This document shows positions 1 through 12,000 of a stretch of 64,000 bases of DNA, piece by piece. How positions within the stretch are numbered: the stretch's first letter is position 1; the number at the start of each line of letters is the position of its first letter. The notes under the pieces were generated by a model. It searched no databases. It saw only the letters and a list, made by a program, of their open reading frames with translations, and was not told the DNA's origin. Where the stretch lies: assembly GCA_013239625.1 (NCBI GenBank), contig MU057332.1, positions 6,103,001-6,167,000 of the forward strand, in the 5' to 3' direction. A program made the translations under genes and the position numbers. The stretch comes from Lama guanicoe (taxonomy: Eukaryota).

Positions 1-7
1 CTTGCAG

Positions 8-3000
8 GAAAACCATCACCGCCCTTGCCTTCTCCCCTGATGGCAAGTACCTGGTCACTGGAGAGGTGAGTGGGGAAAGGGGGGCTGGAGTACTCTGAAG
101 CACACGGGTGACCTGGTCTCAGCAGAGGGCTACAGTCCTGGGCCTGGTTAGGGCCTCTGCCCTTCTGGCCTCCTGAACTGATGCCAGATCCCAGTTTTTG
201 CTGTGTCTTGAAGCAGTGGTTCTGCAGCCTTAGTGGCTTACTGGGTACCAGAATCACCTGGAGGGCTTGTTAAAGTGCACGTTGCTGGGCCTACCCACAG
301 AGTTTCTGGTTCTATAGGTCTGGAAGGGGACCCCAAAATTTGCATTTCTAACAGGTTCCCAGATCATGCTGATTCTGCTGGTTTGGGAAGCGCGCTTTGA
401 AAACCACTGCCTTAGAATATTCCTTATCCCCGGAGGCCCCCTGCTGGGCACAGGAGGGACACCTCTGCCATCTCAGCCTTGTACAGGGAGGCAGTGGGGG
501 CAGAAATAGGCGTGGGTGGTAGTGGTTCTCAACCCTGGCTGCTCACCAGAATCACTTAAGGAGTTTTGAACAAAAACAGAGGTGCAAACCCTCACCGAGA
601 GATATTGAACCAAATCTGGGGCTGTTTTCTCTGTTAATTGTTGTCCTGAGATATTTATCATGTTTTCTCTATACCTTTGCCCTGTGTAGCACTCTGCTCT
701 CATCCGGGGGGGGGTCATTAGACTCTACCCAGGAGCTAGAGGGGTGGGGGCCCCCACCCTGAAAGGCTGGAGGCTGCTATGTGCCTCTGGTCCTCACTTC
801 CGGTTCTTTCCTCTCTGCAGAGTGGGCACATGCCAGCCGTGCGGGTTTGGGATGTAGCTGAGCACAGCCAGGTGGCAGAGCTGCAGGAGCACAAGTATGG
901 TGTGGCTTGTGTGGCCTTCTCCCCTAGCGCCAAGTACATCGTCTCTGTGGGCTACCAACATGACATGATCGTCAATGTCTGGTCCTGGAAGGTAAGTGGG
1001 CTCAGTGGGCTAGCCTGGCAGCCTCATGGGGGTCCAGGGGCCTTCTGGGGAGCTGGGAAACTGTTGACCTCAGCCCTTCCATTCCACTCTGCTGGTCTCA
1101 GTCTCATTCTAGAAAACAATCTGAAGCAGAAAAAAGCAACTGCGCAGCCCAGCATGTTGGTAGAAAGAGGCTAGCTTTATGCCTTTGAGGATTGAATCTC
1201 TTCAACTCCTCTAGAAAGTGATTCTCCTCCCTCCCCTCTTTTGCTGACCAGTGAATCCTGGAAAGAAACTTTTTTTTTTAAGTACAAATCCTATCTAACC
1301 TTCCTCCATCCTCTGAGCCTCTTTCTTCTTGGCCCCAAGAGGCAGAACTTTGATTCTTCCTTTGGCTTTCCCTCCAGAAAAACATTGTGGTGGCCTCCAA
1401 TAAAGTGTCCAGTCGGGTCACAGCAGTGTCCTTCTCTGAAGATTGCAGCTACTTTGTCACTGCAGGCAACCGGCACATCAAATTCTGGTACCTTGATGAC
1501 AGCAAGACCTCAAAGGTAAGGTCCTGAGGATGGAAGTAGCCCTGGAGGCCAGGGTCTGCTCAGCCCACCCCAGGAGACCCTGCTCCCTTTGGGACCCTCT
1601 CTGCTTGCTTGGTCACAATCCATAAGTTTTGGATGAGCCAATGCTATCTGGGCCGAGGGATAGTCTCAAAGGGTAATGGAGGCTTACTGTGTCTCCTCCC
1701 TCACTCTCCCCAGCCCATGGTGTCCAGTGGCCCCTGGGAGGATGGGTGGGCAGCAGAGATGTGTCTCCACAGGTGAATGCCACTGTGCCCCTGCTGGGCC
1801 GCTCAGGGCTGCTGGGGGAGCTGCGGAACAACCTGTTCACCGATGTGGCCTGTGGCCGAGGGAAGAAAGCGGACAGCACCTTCTGCATCACGTCCTCAGG
1901 GCTGCTGTGCGAGTTCAGTGATCGCAGGCTTTTGGATAAGTGGGTGGAGCTGAGAGTAAGTACCTCTGTACCAGTGCGGGGGTGGGGAGGCTGCCTGCGT
2001 CTCAGCTCAGGGGGAACTGATGCTGCGGCTCCATGCCGGGGGCAGGGCCCTTGTGCATGCAGCAGGGGACCCCAGAAGAAAGGAGCTCGAGGGAGCCAGA
2101 GCTTGGCCCGGCTCTAGCCCATGCAGATCTGTATAACTGCCTCCTCTCTGCTCTCTCTTTCTGTCTTTCTTTCCCCTGCTTTCCTCTTCTGCTCAGAACA
2201 CAGACAGCTTCACAGTAAGTGGTGCTAGACTCTCCTCTCTTTCTCTTGCTGCTCCTTTCTCTTTGTTGGGCTTTTCCTACTTTGCCTCTTTGCCAAAACC
2301 TCTAGTGCCCTAGAAGGGTCCCCGACACCCATCCCCCATCTGCACGTGGCCTTGGGCCCTCTGGCCACCTGCTGCTGGAGGGCGGGGCATCTCTACATGA
2401 CAGCTGAGGGGCTCAGGCCAGAGCAGCTGGGCTGCTTTCCCCTCTCCCCTGCCTTGGCTGGTGTCTCCTCTTGGCAGGTGACTGTTGAGGAGGGGTTGCG
2501 CAGGTGGCCCACGCTGACCTGAGCCCCTCTGCCTGCAGACCACCGTGGCCCACTGCATCTCCGTCAGCCAAGACTACATCTTCTGTGGCTGCGCTGATGG
2601 CACTGTGCGCCTCTTCAACCCCTGTAATCTGCACTTCCTCAGTACCCTGCCCCGGCCCCACGCCCTGGGGACAGACATTGCCAGTGTCACAGAGGCCAGG
2701 TGAGCTGTGTGGACCCCCTGCCCTCCATCAAAGCCTTACTCTGTGCCCAGTCTTCCTTGCCTGTGCTTCAGGGAACAAGGTAAAGAGTGTATTGATATCC
2801 CAAAGATTCTCAGAGGAACACCTCTGTACACACACAAATTTGGCTTCATTGGTACCCCGCTCACGTGGGGGACTATGGAGTGTCTTAGATGTAGGTGTTA
2901 GGAGGGACTTACTGTAAGATTTGGGCTTGTGTTAGATGATTTTAGGAATGGTTCCAGGGACTGCAGTTTTGTTCTGGTTGGATACTGTGAGGAGGTGGGG

Positions 3001-6000
3001 GCAATTCTACTATTGGACATTTAATAATTAAAGGGAGAAGGAAAGGTATGAAACTCAGGCTGTAATTGGTAAAGAAGGAGCCGTCAGTCCTGAAAGACGG
3101 GAAAGGGTGATGTTCGGTCATTTTTGTATTTTACAATGATATTTTTGTCTGTCTCAGACACAGTTACAGAGTGGTCTTGTTTTTGTTTTGCCCCTTCATG
3201 GCCACAGAGTTACCTTGTCTGACTTTGGTGTTCTGTGACCTTGTTCGTGTTCATCAGGAGAGACCGTGGCCCAGCAGCTTGTGCTGGGGCGGCTCCCAAC
3301 TGAGAGCTGTCAGAGGCAGCTTTTTCCTCTCAAGCAACTGCTTCCAAACCTACGAGTCTGGAGCGGCTCCCATGCTCTGCTCCTTCCTTTGTGGACTGGC
3401 TTCTGTTTCCATTCCCCTCAGTCCTTCATTTCATCAACTCCTCACTCACCAGTTTGCTCNNNNNNNNNNNNNNNNNNNNNNNNNNNNNNNNNNNNNNNNN
3501 NNNNNNNNNNNNNNNNNNNNNNNNNNNNNNNNNNNNNNNNNNNNNNNNNNNNNNNNNNNNNNNNNNNNNNNNNNNNNNNNNNNNNNNNNNNNNNNNNNNN
3601 NNNNNNNNNNNNNNNNNNNNNNNNNNNNNNNNNNNNNNNNNNNNNNNNNNNNNNNGGAGTGTGGAGGTAGGTGGGCTGGCTTGACCCCAGCCTGGTTTTG
3701 GGGGAGTACCACTGTGAGGTTGGAAAGTGAGGATCCCCAAGTAGAATGTTATGTTCTGCTGCCTCCTCATTTCTCCAGCAGCATCCCTGTGTATCTGCAT
3801 ATCCTCAGATGGGTCCTGAGGACGGCACTAGAATTTTAGTGCTTATACATCTCAGGCTTCTTCCAGTGTGCCCCTGTCCATCCGTAGCTTTGCCTCATCC
3901 TAGGCTGGATGATCTTGGACAAGTTATTGAACCTGACCGAGCCTCATTTCTTCAGTGGTAAAATGATGTACCTGATTTATCTAATTGTTCTAAGAATTAA
4001 ATGAAAGAATGTAAATGGGAGGCATGGAAGAATGCCTGTCCACAGTAGGTGCTTGGTTAATGTGCTTTTCCATACTGATTTGAAGAGTATCTGGTAGTTA
4101 CAGCTTACTTCCTATGTAACTGACGCAGGGCTAAGCCTTGGCCAGCATCAAGCCCTTGCTCTCATTCCCTTCTATCTCCGTGGGCAGATAAGGGACTGCT
4201 CCTAACTGGAGATCTGACTTTGTTCCCTCTGCCCCTTCAGGTCTACCCCGAAGTGAAGGACAGTAACCAGGCCTGCCTGCCCCCCAGTTCCTTTATCACC
4301 TGTTCCTCTGACAACACTATCCGCCTGTGGAACACAGAGAGCTCTGGGGTGCATGGCTCCACCCTGCACCGAAACATCCTCAGCAACGTGAGCCACGGGG
4401 TCCCCGTCCACACCTAGTACCTGCATCCCCTTGCCTTTACACTTCCTTCTTAGGAACTGGGTCCCCAGCTCTTATTTGGCTGGCCTCTGTGAGCCAAGGG
4501 TTTATCTTGTCCAGCATTCCTCTCCCCTTGCCTCTTTTCTGGGTCAGGCCTGCCTTATCCACTTCTCCTCCTGACCTGCTCCGCTAGGACCTCATTAAGA
4601 TCATCTATGTGGATGGGAACACTCAGGCCCTGCTGGACACTGAGCTGCCTGGGGGAGACAAAGCTGATGGGTCCCTGATGGATCCCCGCGTGGGCATTCG
4701 TTCTGTGTGTATCAGCCCCAACGGACAGCATCTAGCTTCAGGGGACCGTGTGGGCACACTCAGGTAAGGCCAGGTCTGGAATGGGTACTGCCTGAGTCAC
4801 GTGGTGCAGGCTGGGAGAGTTAGGTCCCCGAGGACACAGCTTTTGAAAAGTTTGGCTCAAAGAGATTGGAAAAAAGATATTCCTATACAAGGGAAAGACA
4901 ATTACTTTATAATGAAGAAACCCAGCAGAAAGCATCTTAATCAAGTAACCAAGCTTAGCATCCTCACATCAACATCATGAAGCCCATAATATGATGCACT
5001 AAGAAGGACATAGCACTTCTTTTGTGATATTCTTGCCAAAAATGTGTAAACTCAGTCTAGTCATGAGAAAAGTCAGACAACTCAAATTAAGGTGCATATG
5101 ACAGGATGCCTGTGCTGATCAGTACTCTTGGTTATGAAAGGTAAGCAAAAGCTGAAGAACTGTTACAGATAGGGGACTAAAGAGAAATAACTCAATGCAG
5201 CTTGGACTCTGGATAGGATCCTGAGCCTAAAAGAAGGACATTGTGGAAAAAGTGGTAAAATTCAAGTAAAGCCTATGTAAATTTCCTGGTTCTGACAATT
5301 AAACTGTTATGTCAGATGTTAACATTAGGGAAAGCTGGGTAAGGGAAATAGGGAAATCCTCGGTACTCATTGCAACTTTTCTCTAACCTGAAGGTTGAAC
5401 AATAAAGATAATTTTTTAAAAAGGTCATAGGAGAAGATGTAGTAGAGGAAGCAAGGTGACTCTCTCCTCCTGCAGCCTTGCAGTGACCTCCTCCCTCCTC
5501 TCCTCATCTTTGCAGGGTGCACGAACTGCAGTCCCTAAATGAGATGCTGAGGGTGGAGGCCCATGACTCGGAAATTCTGTGCCTGGAGTACTCTAAGCCG
5601 GACACAGGTAAAGAGTGGATGCCCGGTACCTGGACCAGAAAAGCACAGGGCTTCCCCAGTCCTGCTAGTGCCACTTACGCCTATCCTGGCTGTTGTATGT
5701 GGGACTGAAAATCCTTGGAATAATTTGGTGTCTTCGCAGGTTTGGAGGAGGACAACTCCATCCCTGCTCCATGGTCCACTTGGCTTAGGGATGTGGGACT
5801 CAGTTCCTCTTTGCTGGGCCCATATAGAGGCCTGCTCTGGGCACTCATGGGCTGATGGAGTTCTTCCAATCTCAGGTCTGAAGCTGCTAGCGTCAGCCAG
5901 CCGGGACCGGCTGATCCATGTGTTAGATGCTGGACGGGAGTACAGCCTGCAGCAGACGCTGGACGAGCACTCATCCTCCATCACTGCTGTCAAGTTTGCA

Positions 6001-9000
6001 GGTAGGGGCAGGGCAGTTGAGATACATTCTGCCACCTACCACTGACATCTCCCCCGCCACCCACTGCCACCTGCCTCCCACCTCCATGAGAAGGGTGTGC
6101 CTGTCAAGGGGAGTGATGGACAGTGGCTGGCAGGCCTGGGGATGGAATATGGACTCTTAGTCCAGGGGACCTTGAGCAACCAGGCTGGCTGAGGATAGGG
6201 GGGAAGAAAAGAAAGCTTGGGTTTGGAGGGATGCATCCTGGTTTAGTTGGTAGTCCCAGCCATGTAGAGTAGCTCCACAGGGGGAAAGTATGGAGGGAAG
6301 CAGAGGAAAGGCTGGCCCCCTTGTGGTGAGAGCAGTGGGAACAGCTTGGCCCCCTTTCTCCACAGCCAGCGATGGGCAAGTCCGCATGATCAGCTGTGGA
6401 GCAGACAAGAGCATCTACTTCCGCACTGCACAGAAGGTGAGGTTGCTGGGCTTCCCTGAATGGGGCAGTGGGATTGGGGCTGGGGGGCAGAGGTCGCTAC
6501 TGTTCTCCTACCTAGGGTTACAAGGAGGGAAGGGAGGCAAAAACTGGGCTTTCGGGGCCTGGTGAGGCATTTGGGCATGGGGGTCTGCCCACATGCTCCA
6601 CCCCTGCAGTCTGGAGATGGCGTACAGTTTACACGGACACACCACGTGGTACGGAAGACGACCCTCTATGACATGGACGTGGAGCCCAGCTGGAAGTACA
6701 CAGCCATCGGCTGCCAGGATCGAAATATTCGGTGGGCATCCCCTTCTCAGACCATCCGACCCTGAGAGGGTCAGCTCTAAGCAGCTCAGTCCCTGGGTCT
6801 GTCTTTTTGTCCGGGACTCTGTGCCCCGCTGAGCCTGCAGAATAGGTACTTGGCTTCACCCAAGAGGTGGTAGCCCCTTTGGTGTTGGGGAGCAGCTTCC
6901 AGAGAGCACAGGGCTGGGAGTGAAGCTGGCGTTGCTACCACCCGAGGGTGCTTGATTGTGACCGCCGCCTCATGTGAGTGTCATCCTTTACAGGATCTTC
7001 AACATCAGCAGCGGGAAGCAGAAAAAGCTGTTTAAAGGGTCGCAGGGTGAGGATGGCACCCTGATTAAGGTAAGGGCCCAGCAGGCTGGGCAGTGGGCCA
7101 GAGAATGGGAGAACAGAGGGGTGCTAGGTGGAGAGGGACTGGTGCTCCCTGTCCTCTTCCAGCTGTGTGCCCCACTCCTCAGGTGCAGACAGACCCCTCA
7201 GGGATCTACATTGCTACCAGCTGTTCCGACAAGAACCTCTCCATTTTTGACTTCTCCTCAGGCGAGTGTGTGGCTACCATGTTTGGCCACTCAGGTGAGT
7301 GTAGCCCCAGCACTGGACCCCGGGAACTTTACTCTTCCTTCCTTTAGTTGCTTGGGTCCCAGCAGAGCTGTCTGTCCCTCCCCTTTAACCAGCCTTCCAT
7401 CTCCACCTGGCTGGGACTTCAGGGTGGCTCATCAGCCATATTCTTTGTTCTTCACAGAGATTGTCACTGGCATGAAATTTAGTAATGACTGCAAACATCT
7501 CATCTCTGTGTCAGGGGACAGGTGAGCAGAGGCCAGCTTCCCTGAGACACAGATTCTCCCTCTGTGCCACAAACAGACCCTGTCCCTCCCCTCTCTTCAC
7601 CTCAGTGATGTCTTGGAAAGTGGGGCTGAACAGGGATATTTCTTGGCTGGGTCTGACCTGACACTGGAGGGTGGCTCTGGTCTCCTTGTCAGCCCGTGGA
7701 GAAGGGGTACTAGTGGTGTTGCCTCCCCCAGAGTCCTGCCTTCCTCCTCCCTCATCCACCTCTGTGTCTCTACCCCAGCTGCATATTTGTGTGGCGCCTG
7801 AGCTCTGAGATGACCATCAGCATGAGGCAGCGTCTGGCTGAGCTGCGCCAGCGTCAGCGAGGGGGCAGTCAGCAAGGACCGTCCTCTCCCCAAAGGACTA
7901 CTGGGCCGAACCGGTGAGAACAGAGTGTGGGGTGTGGAAAAGCAGTGGGTGGACATCCAGATTGCTCGCTGTGATCTCACTGCTCACCCCACTCGCTCTG
8001 GACCTGCCACTCGGCAGCTTTGTTTCCCAGCACCTGTTTCTCACACAAAGACCCATGATGCTGGCCTCTTCCTCTCGCTGTTCTCCTCTCTCCGTGACCT
8101 TCCTTGTCTTGGACTTAGGCACGAGGCCCCATCGATGCTTTCTCCTGGACCTGCTCTCTCATCAGACAGTGACAAGGAGGGAGAAGACGAGGGCACTGAA
8201 GAAGAAGAACTTCCAGCTCTGCCCATCCTTGGTACCAAGAAAGAGCCAGGTCCGTGGAAGTGCAGTGTAGGGCCAGACACCAGTTGGTACAGTGGCTAGA
8301 TGTGCCCTTGCTGGGACTGTGGGGTGAGAACAGCATGAGCTGAGGGAACTGGAGCATCGCTGTGGCCTCTGGGCTTGCGTGTGGTGGGAACTCCAGGTTG
8401 GTTGGGCAGGAGACGCTCTCTGACTGCCTGTCTCTGTCTAGCCTTGGTGCACAGCCCAGCACTGCCCCGAAGCCTGTCCCACTGGGAGATGAGCCGGGTG
8501 AGTCACCATCATTAAAATGTTCTTCCGAGGTTACAAGAGGTAAAGGAGGGTGAAAGCAGGGCTCTCTGCACCTGGCGAGACATTTGGACACAGGGTCTGC
8601 CCACGTGCTCCACCCCTTGTGTCCAAGGGAGTTTGAGCCACTGGGCTGGTCCCAGGTTGTGGGTGACAGAGCTCAGGTGTTTCCTCCCTGTGACCAGGTA
8701 AAGTGGCCTGCAGGGGTCAGTCACCACTAGGGGAAGTACTCCACTTGTTTCGCTACCTGGGAGCCTGGGGGTAAATGTGAACAAAGGACGGGTTGAAGTG
8801 GGGAGTAGAAAAGGGGTCTGAGCAGAATGGTTAGAAGTAAATTTCAAGAAAATCAAAGGGCTAAAGAGCAGAAATCTGGAGAAACCATAGTTCTAAAGAC
8901 CCAGGATAGGAGGTAAGCCCAGAACTTCTAGAAGAGTTAGAGAGATGCCATAAGAGGACCAGTAACTGAGTGGTGACTTCAGGGTAGCGAGTGGTGGGGG

Positions 9001-12000
9001 GCAGGATAAAGGCTTTCAGAGCAAGCCCTGCGGCAGCCTGGACCCTCCCTTAGTCGGGATTGCAAGAGCCAGCACCTCTCTTTGTCAGCAGTAGTGTCAT
9101 AGGATATAGTGGTGTGGTGTCCAGTGCCTTCTGACCAGGTCAGGGGGGCTCAAGCCTGGGCTATTGGTTTGCCCTTGGTGCTGTGAATGGATTGAGGCTG
9201 TCCTCAGAGTGGGGGACTTTTAGAGACTCCCAGCTCTGAGGTGTTCATGATACTAGGTGAAGACTGAGACCAGAAGGTCCTCTGGGACACGACACAGAGG
9301 GAAGCTAAGAGCGTGAACTCTGGAGCCAGACTGCTTGAGTTGTAACCTGCAGGCAGACTGTCTGTGGGACTCGGAGAAGTTACTTAAGCCCCCTGTGCTT
9401 CAGTTTTCCCATCTGTAAATTTGAAGCTAATAGTAGTACCCACTTCATAAGGTGGTTGTGAGGATTAAATGAGCTCATGTGTGTAAAGTGCCTGGCACAC
9501 AGTAAATGACACGTGTTTGCTAATACTCTCGTGTGATTGTTACCGTTACTCTACTCCCACCCCCCACCCCACACCAGGCACAGGAGACGGAGGAGTTCCT
9601 GGACCCAGCTCCTTCAGCCAACCAAAGACCCAGAAGAAGGGGGCGCTGGGCTCAGCCAGGTGTGGAGCTGAGTGTTTGCTCCATGCTGGACCTGCGGCAG
9701 CTGGAGACACTGGCCCCAAGCCCTCGGGGCCCTAGTCAGGACCCTCTGGCCATGACTCCTTCTGGTCCTGGGAAGCATGGTCAGCGGGCCTCTGAGACCT
9801 CACATGCTAGCCAGGTGAGCCCACTTTCTCCCAGCAATCTAGAGATCTCCAAGGAGCCTCAGCCAGCCTTGTGCCAACAGCTGGGGCCTGAGCCTTCATC
9901 CAGCTATGCTTGCTCTACCTCTGTGGGACATGCGTAACCTGAATGGCAAAGACAGGTGGGGCTGGCTAAGCTGTGGTACAGTGATCGGAGTGGAGAAGCA
10001 AAGGATTGCCTTTGTCCTTGGCTGGGTTCCTTGGAGGGCTCATGATGTGAAATGGTGGCTGGAGGTTGGCAGCCCAGAGTGCTGATGTAGATCTTCCAGA
10101 AGCTCAAGAACACTTGGAGCCCAGCCTGGCTTCATGGGGTCTGACCGCAGAGTTGGAGCTTCCCTTAGAATTGGTGCCCACTGAATCCTTGCCCACCTCC
10201 ACCTCTTCTCCCAGACCCTTGCTTATGTCAGCAAACACCCTGCTGCCCTTTTGTGTGTTCCCAGAATGAAAAGCCCCCTCGGCCTCAGGCTTCCCAACCC
10301 TGTTCCTGCCCCCACCTTATCCGATTGTTGTCCCAAGAGGAAGAGGTCTTTGCCCAAGATCTGGGGCCTGCACCCATCGAAGATGGTATTGTCTACCCCG
10401 AGCCGAGTGACAGCCCCACCCTGGATACCAGGCAAGGGTCCTGCAGACCTCTAGGGCCATGCACCCCTCAGTCTTCCTTCCCTCCACATGTTCTGTACTT
10501 GGGTGGGGGACTGGCCCCGGGCACTCAGGGCTTGCCCACCACTGCACCTCTGCCTCATCCCCAGTCCTGCTCACGAATGGGGCAGAGGGAAGGCAGGACT
10601 TACCACTGCTCCTCCAGCTCACCAGTGCTTACTGCCTCCTCTTTCCCCTGCTGGCCTTCCTGGCAGTGAGTTCCAGGTGCAGGCACCAGCCCGAGGGACC
10701 CTGGGAAGACTGTACACTGGCAGCAGGGGCTCAGAGAAGCACAGCCCTGACAGCGCCTGCTCTGTGGACTTCAGCAGCAGTCGTCTTTCCAGCCCTGAGC
10801 ACCCCAACGAAGGTGAGGCTGCAGCCCTGAGGTGGGGCCAGGACCGCGAAGGTCAGTGTGCTGAGGTGGGAGTGGAGGCTCGCGACAAGTGGGTGCAGCG
10901 TGATGCTTCTCTCCCCTCCCCTACGTCCAGACTCTGAGAGCACGGAGCCCCTGAGTGTGGATGGCATTTCCTCAGACCTTGAAGAGCCAGCCGAGGGTGA
11001 TGAGGAAGAGGAGGAAGAGGAGGGAGGCACTGGCCCCTATGGGCTGCAGGAAGGCAGCCCCCATACCCCGGACCAGGAGCAGTTTCTAAAACAGCACTTT
11101 GAGACTCTGGCCAATGGGGCTGCTCCAGGTGTGGTCAGAGGGCCATTTGGTTACTGCAATCTACCCTTCTTCCCTCCTCGCCCAGCTGAGAGGGAGGGTC
11201 TGAGGGCAGGCCGTGCCCTGGGGTTGCCTTCTGGGTGAGGCAGAATCTGGGCCAAGGGCTCACTCCCATACATGATTTCTGTCATCCTGGCAGGGGGCCC
11301 AGTCCGGGTACCAGAGCGGACAGAGTCTCAGAGCATCTCTTCACGATTCCTGTTGCAAGTGCAGACCCCCCCACTCAGGTACTCTCCCCACAGCAGCGCT
11401 TGCTTTCCTACAAGGAGCTCTGGCTCTCCTGACCTCACAGTGCTCCCAACAGGGCCAGTACTACCCCTGGGGCAGCAGGCAGCCTTCCTCTCTCCAAGGC
11501 TCTGTTTCCATGCCCAGCAGTATTTTGCACTCTAAGTTTTGGGACAGCCGGCTTGGCTGGCTTTGTGCCTGTCCTTCTCTCCTAGCGCCTCTCTAGTGTT
11601 GTGAGAGCCTCTCCCTGTCTTGGCAGGCAGGAGCCCTGAGCCTTCTCTGGGCCTCCTTCCACATTTCCTCCCTGTAGGGAACCGTCCCCATCTTCCTCAA
11701 GCTTGGCACTGACGTCGAGACTGGTCCAGGTGCCGCAGGCTTCTGGCAAGCAGCTGAGAGGCAATGGTGCCAATCCTCCAGGAGCACCCCCAGAGGTGGA
11801 GCCTTCCCCAGGGAAGCCTGGCCCCCAGCAGGCAGCCCCTGTGCTGTTGCCACGACGCCGTCTCAACCCAGATAGTAGCTGCGCCCCCAAGAGAGTATCC
11901 ACAGCCAGCCCCTCAGGCAGACTCCAGAAAGCCCAGTCTGTGCAGAGTCTGGTGCCACAGGGTGAGGAGCCTGGCGGGCTCAGCTCCGGGTGTGGGGGGT

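Noticed and set aside
3171-3839. ORFs spanning the N-gaps
   Set aside because: Artefacts of translating N runs.
8021-8118. Alternative upstream acceptor (ttcccag|8031) extending MAPKBP1 exon 8119
   Set aside because: Out of phase with the upstream exon; reaches TGA within ten codons.
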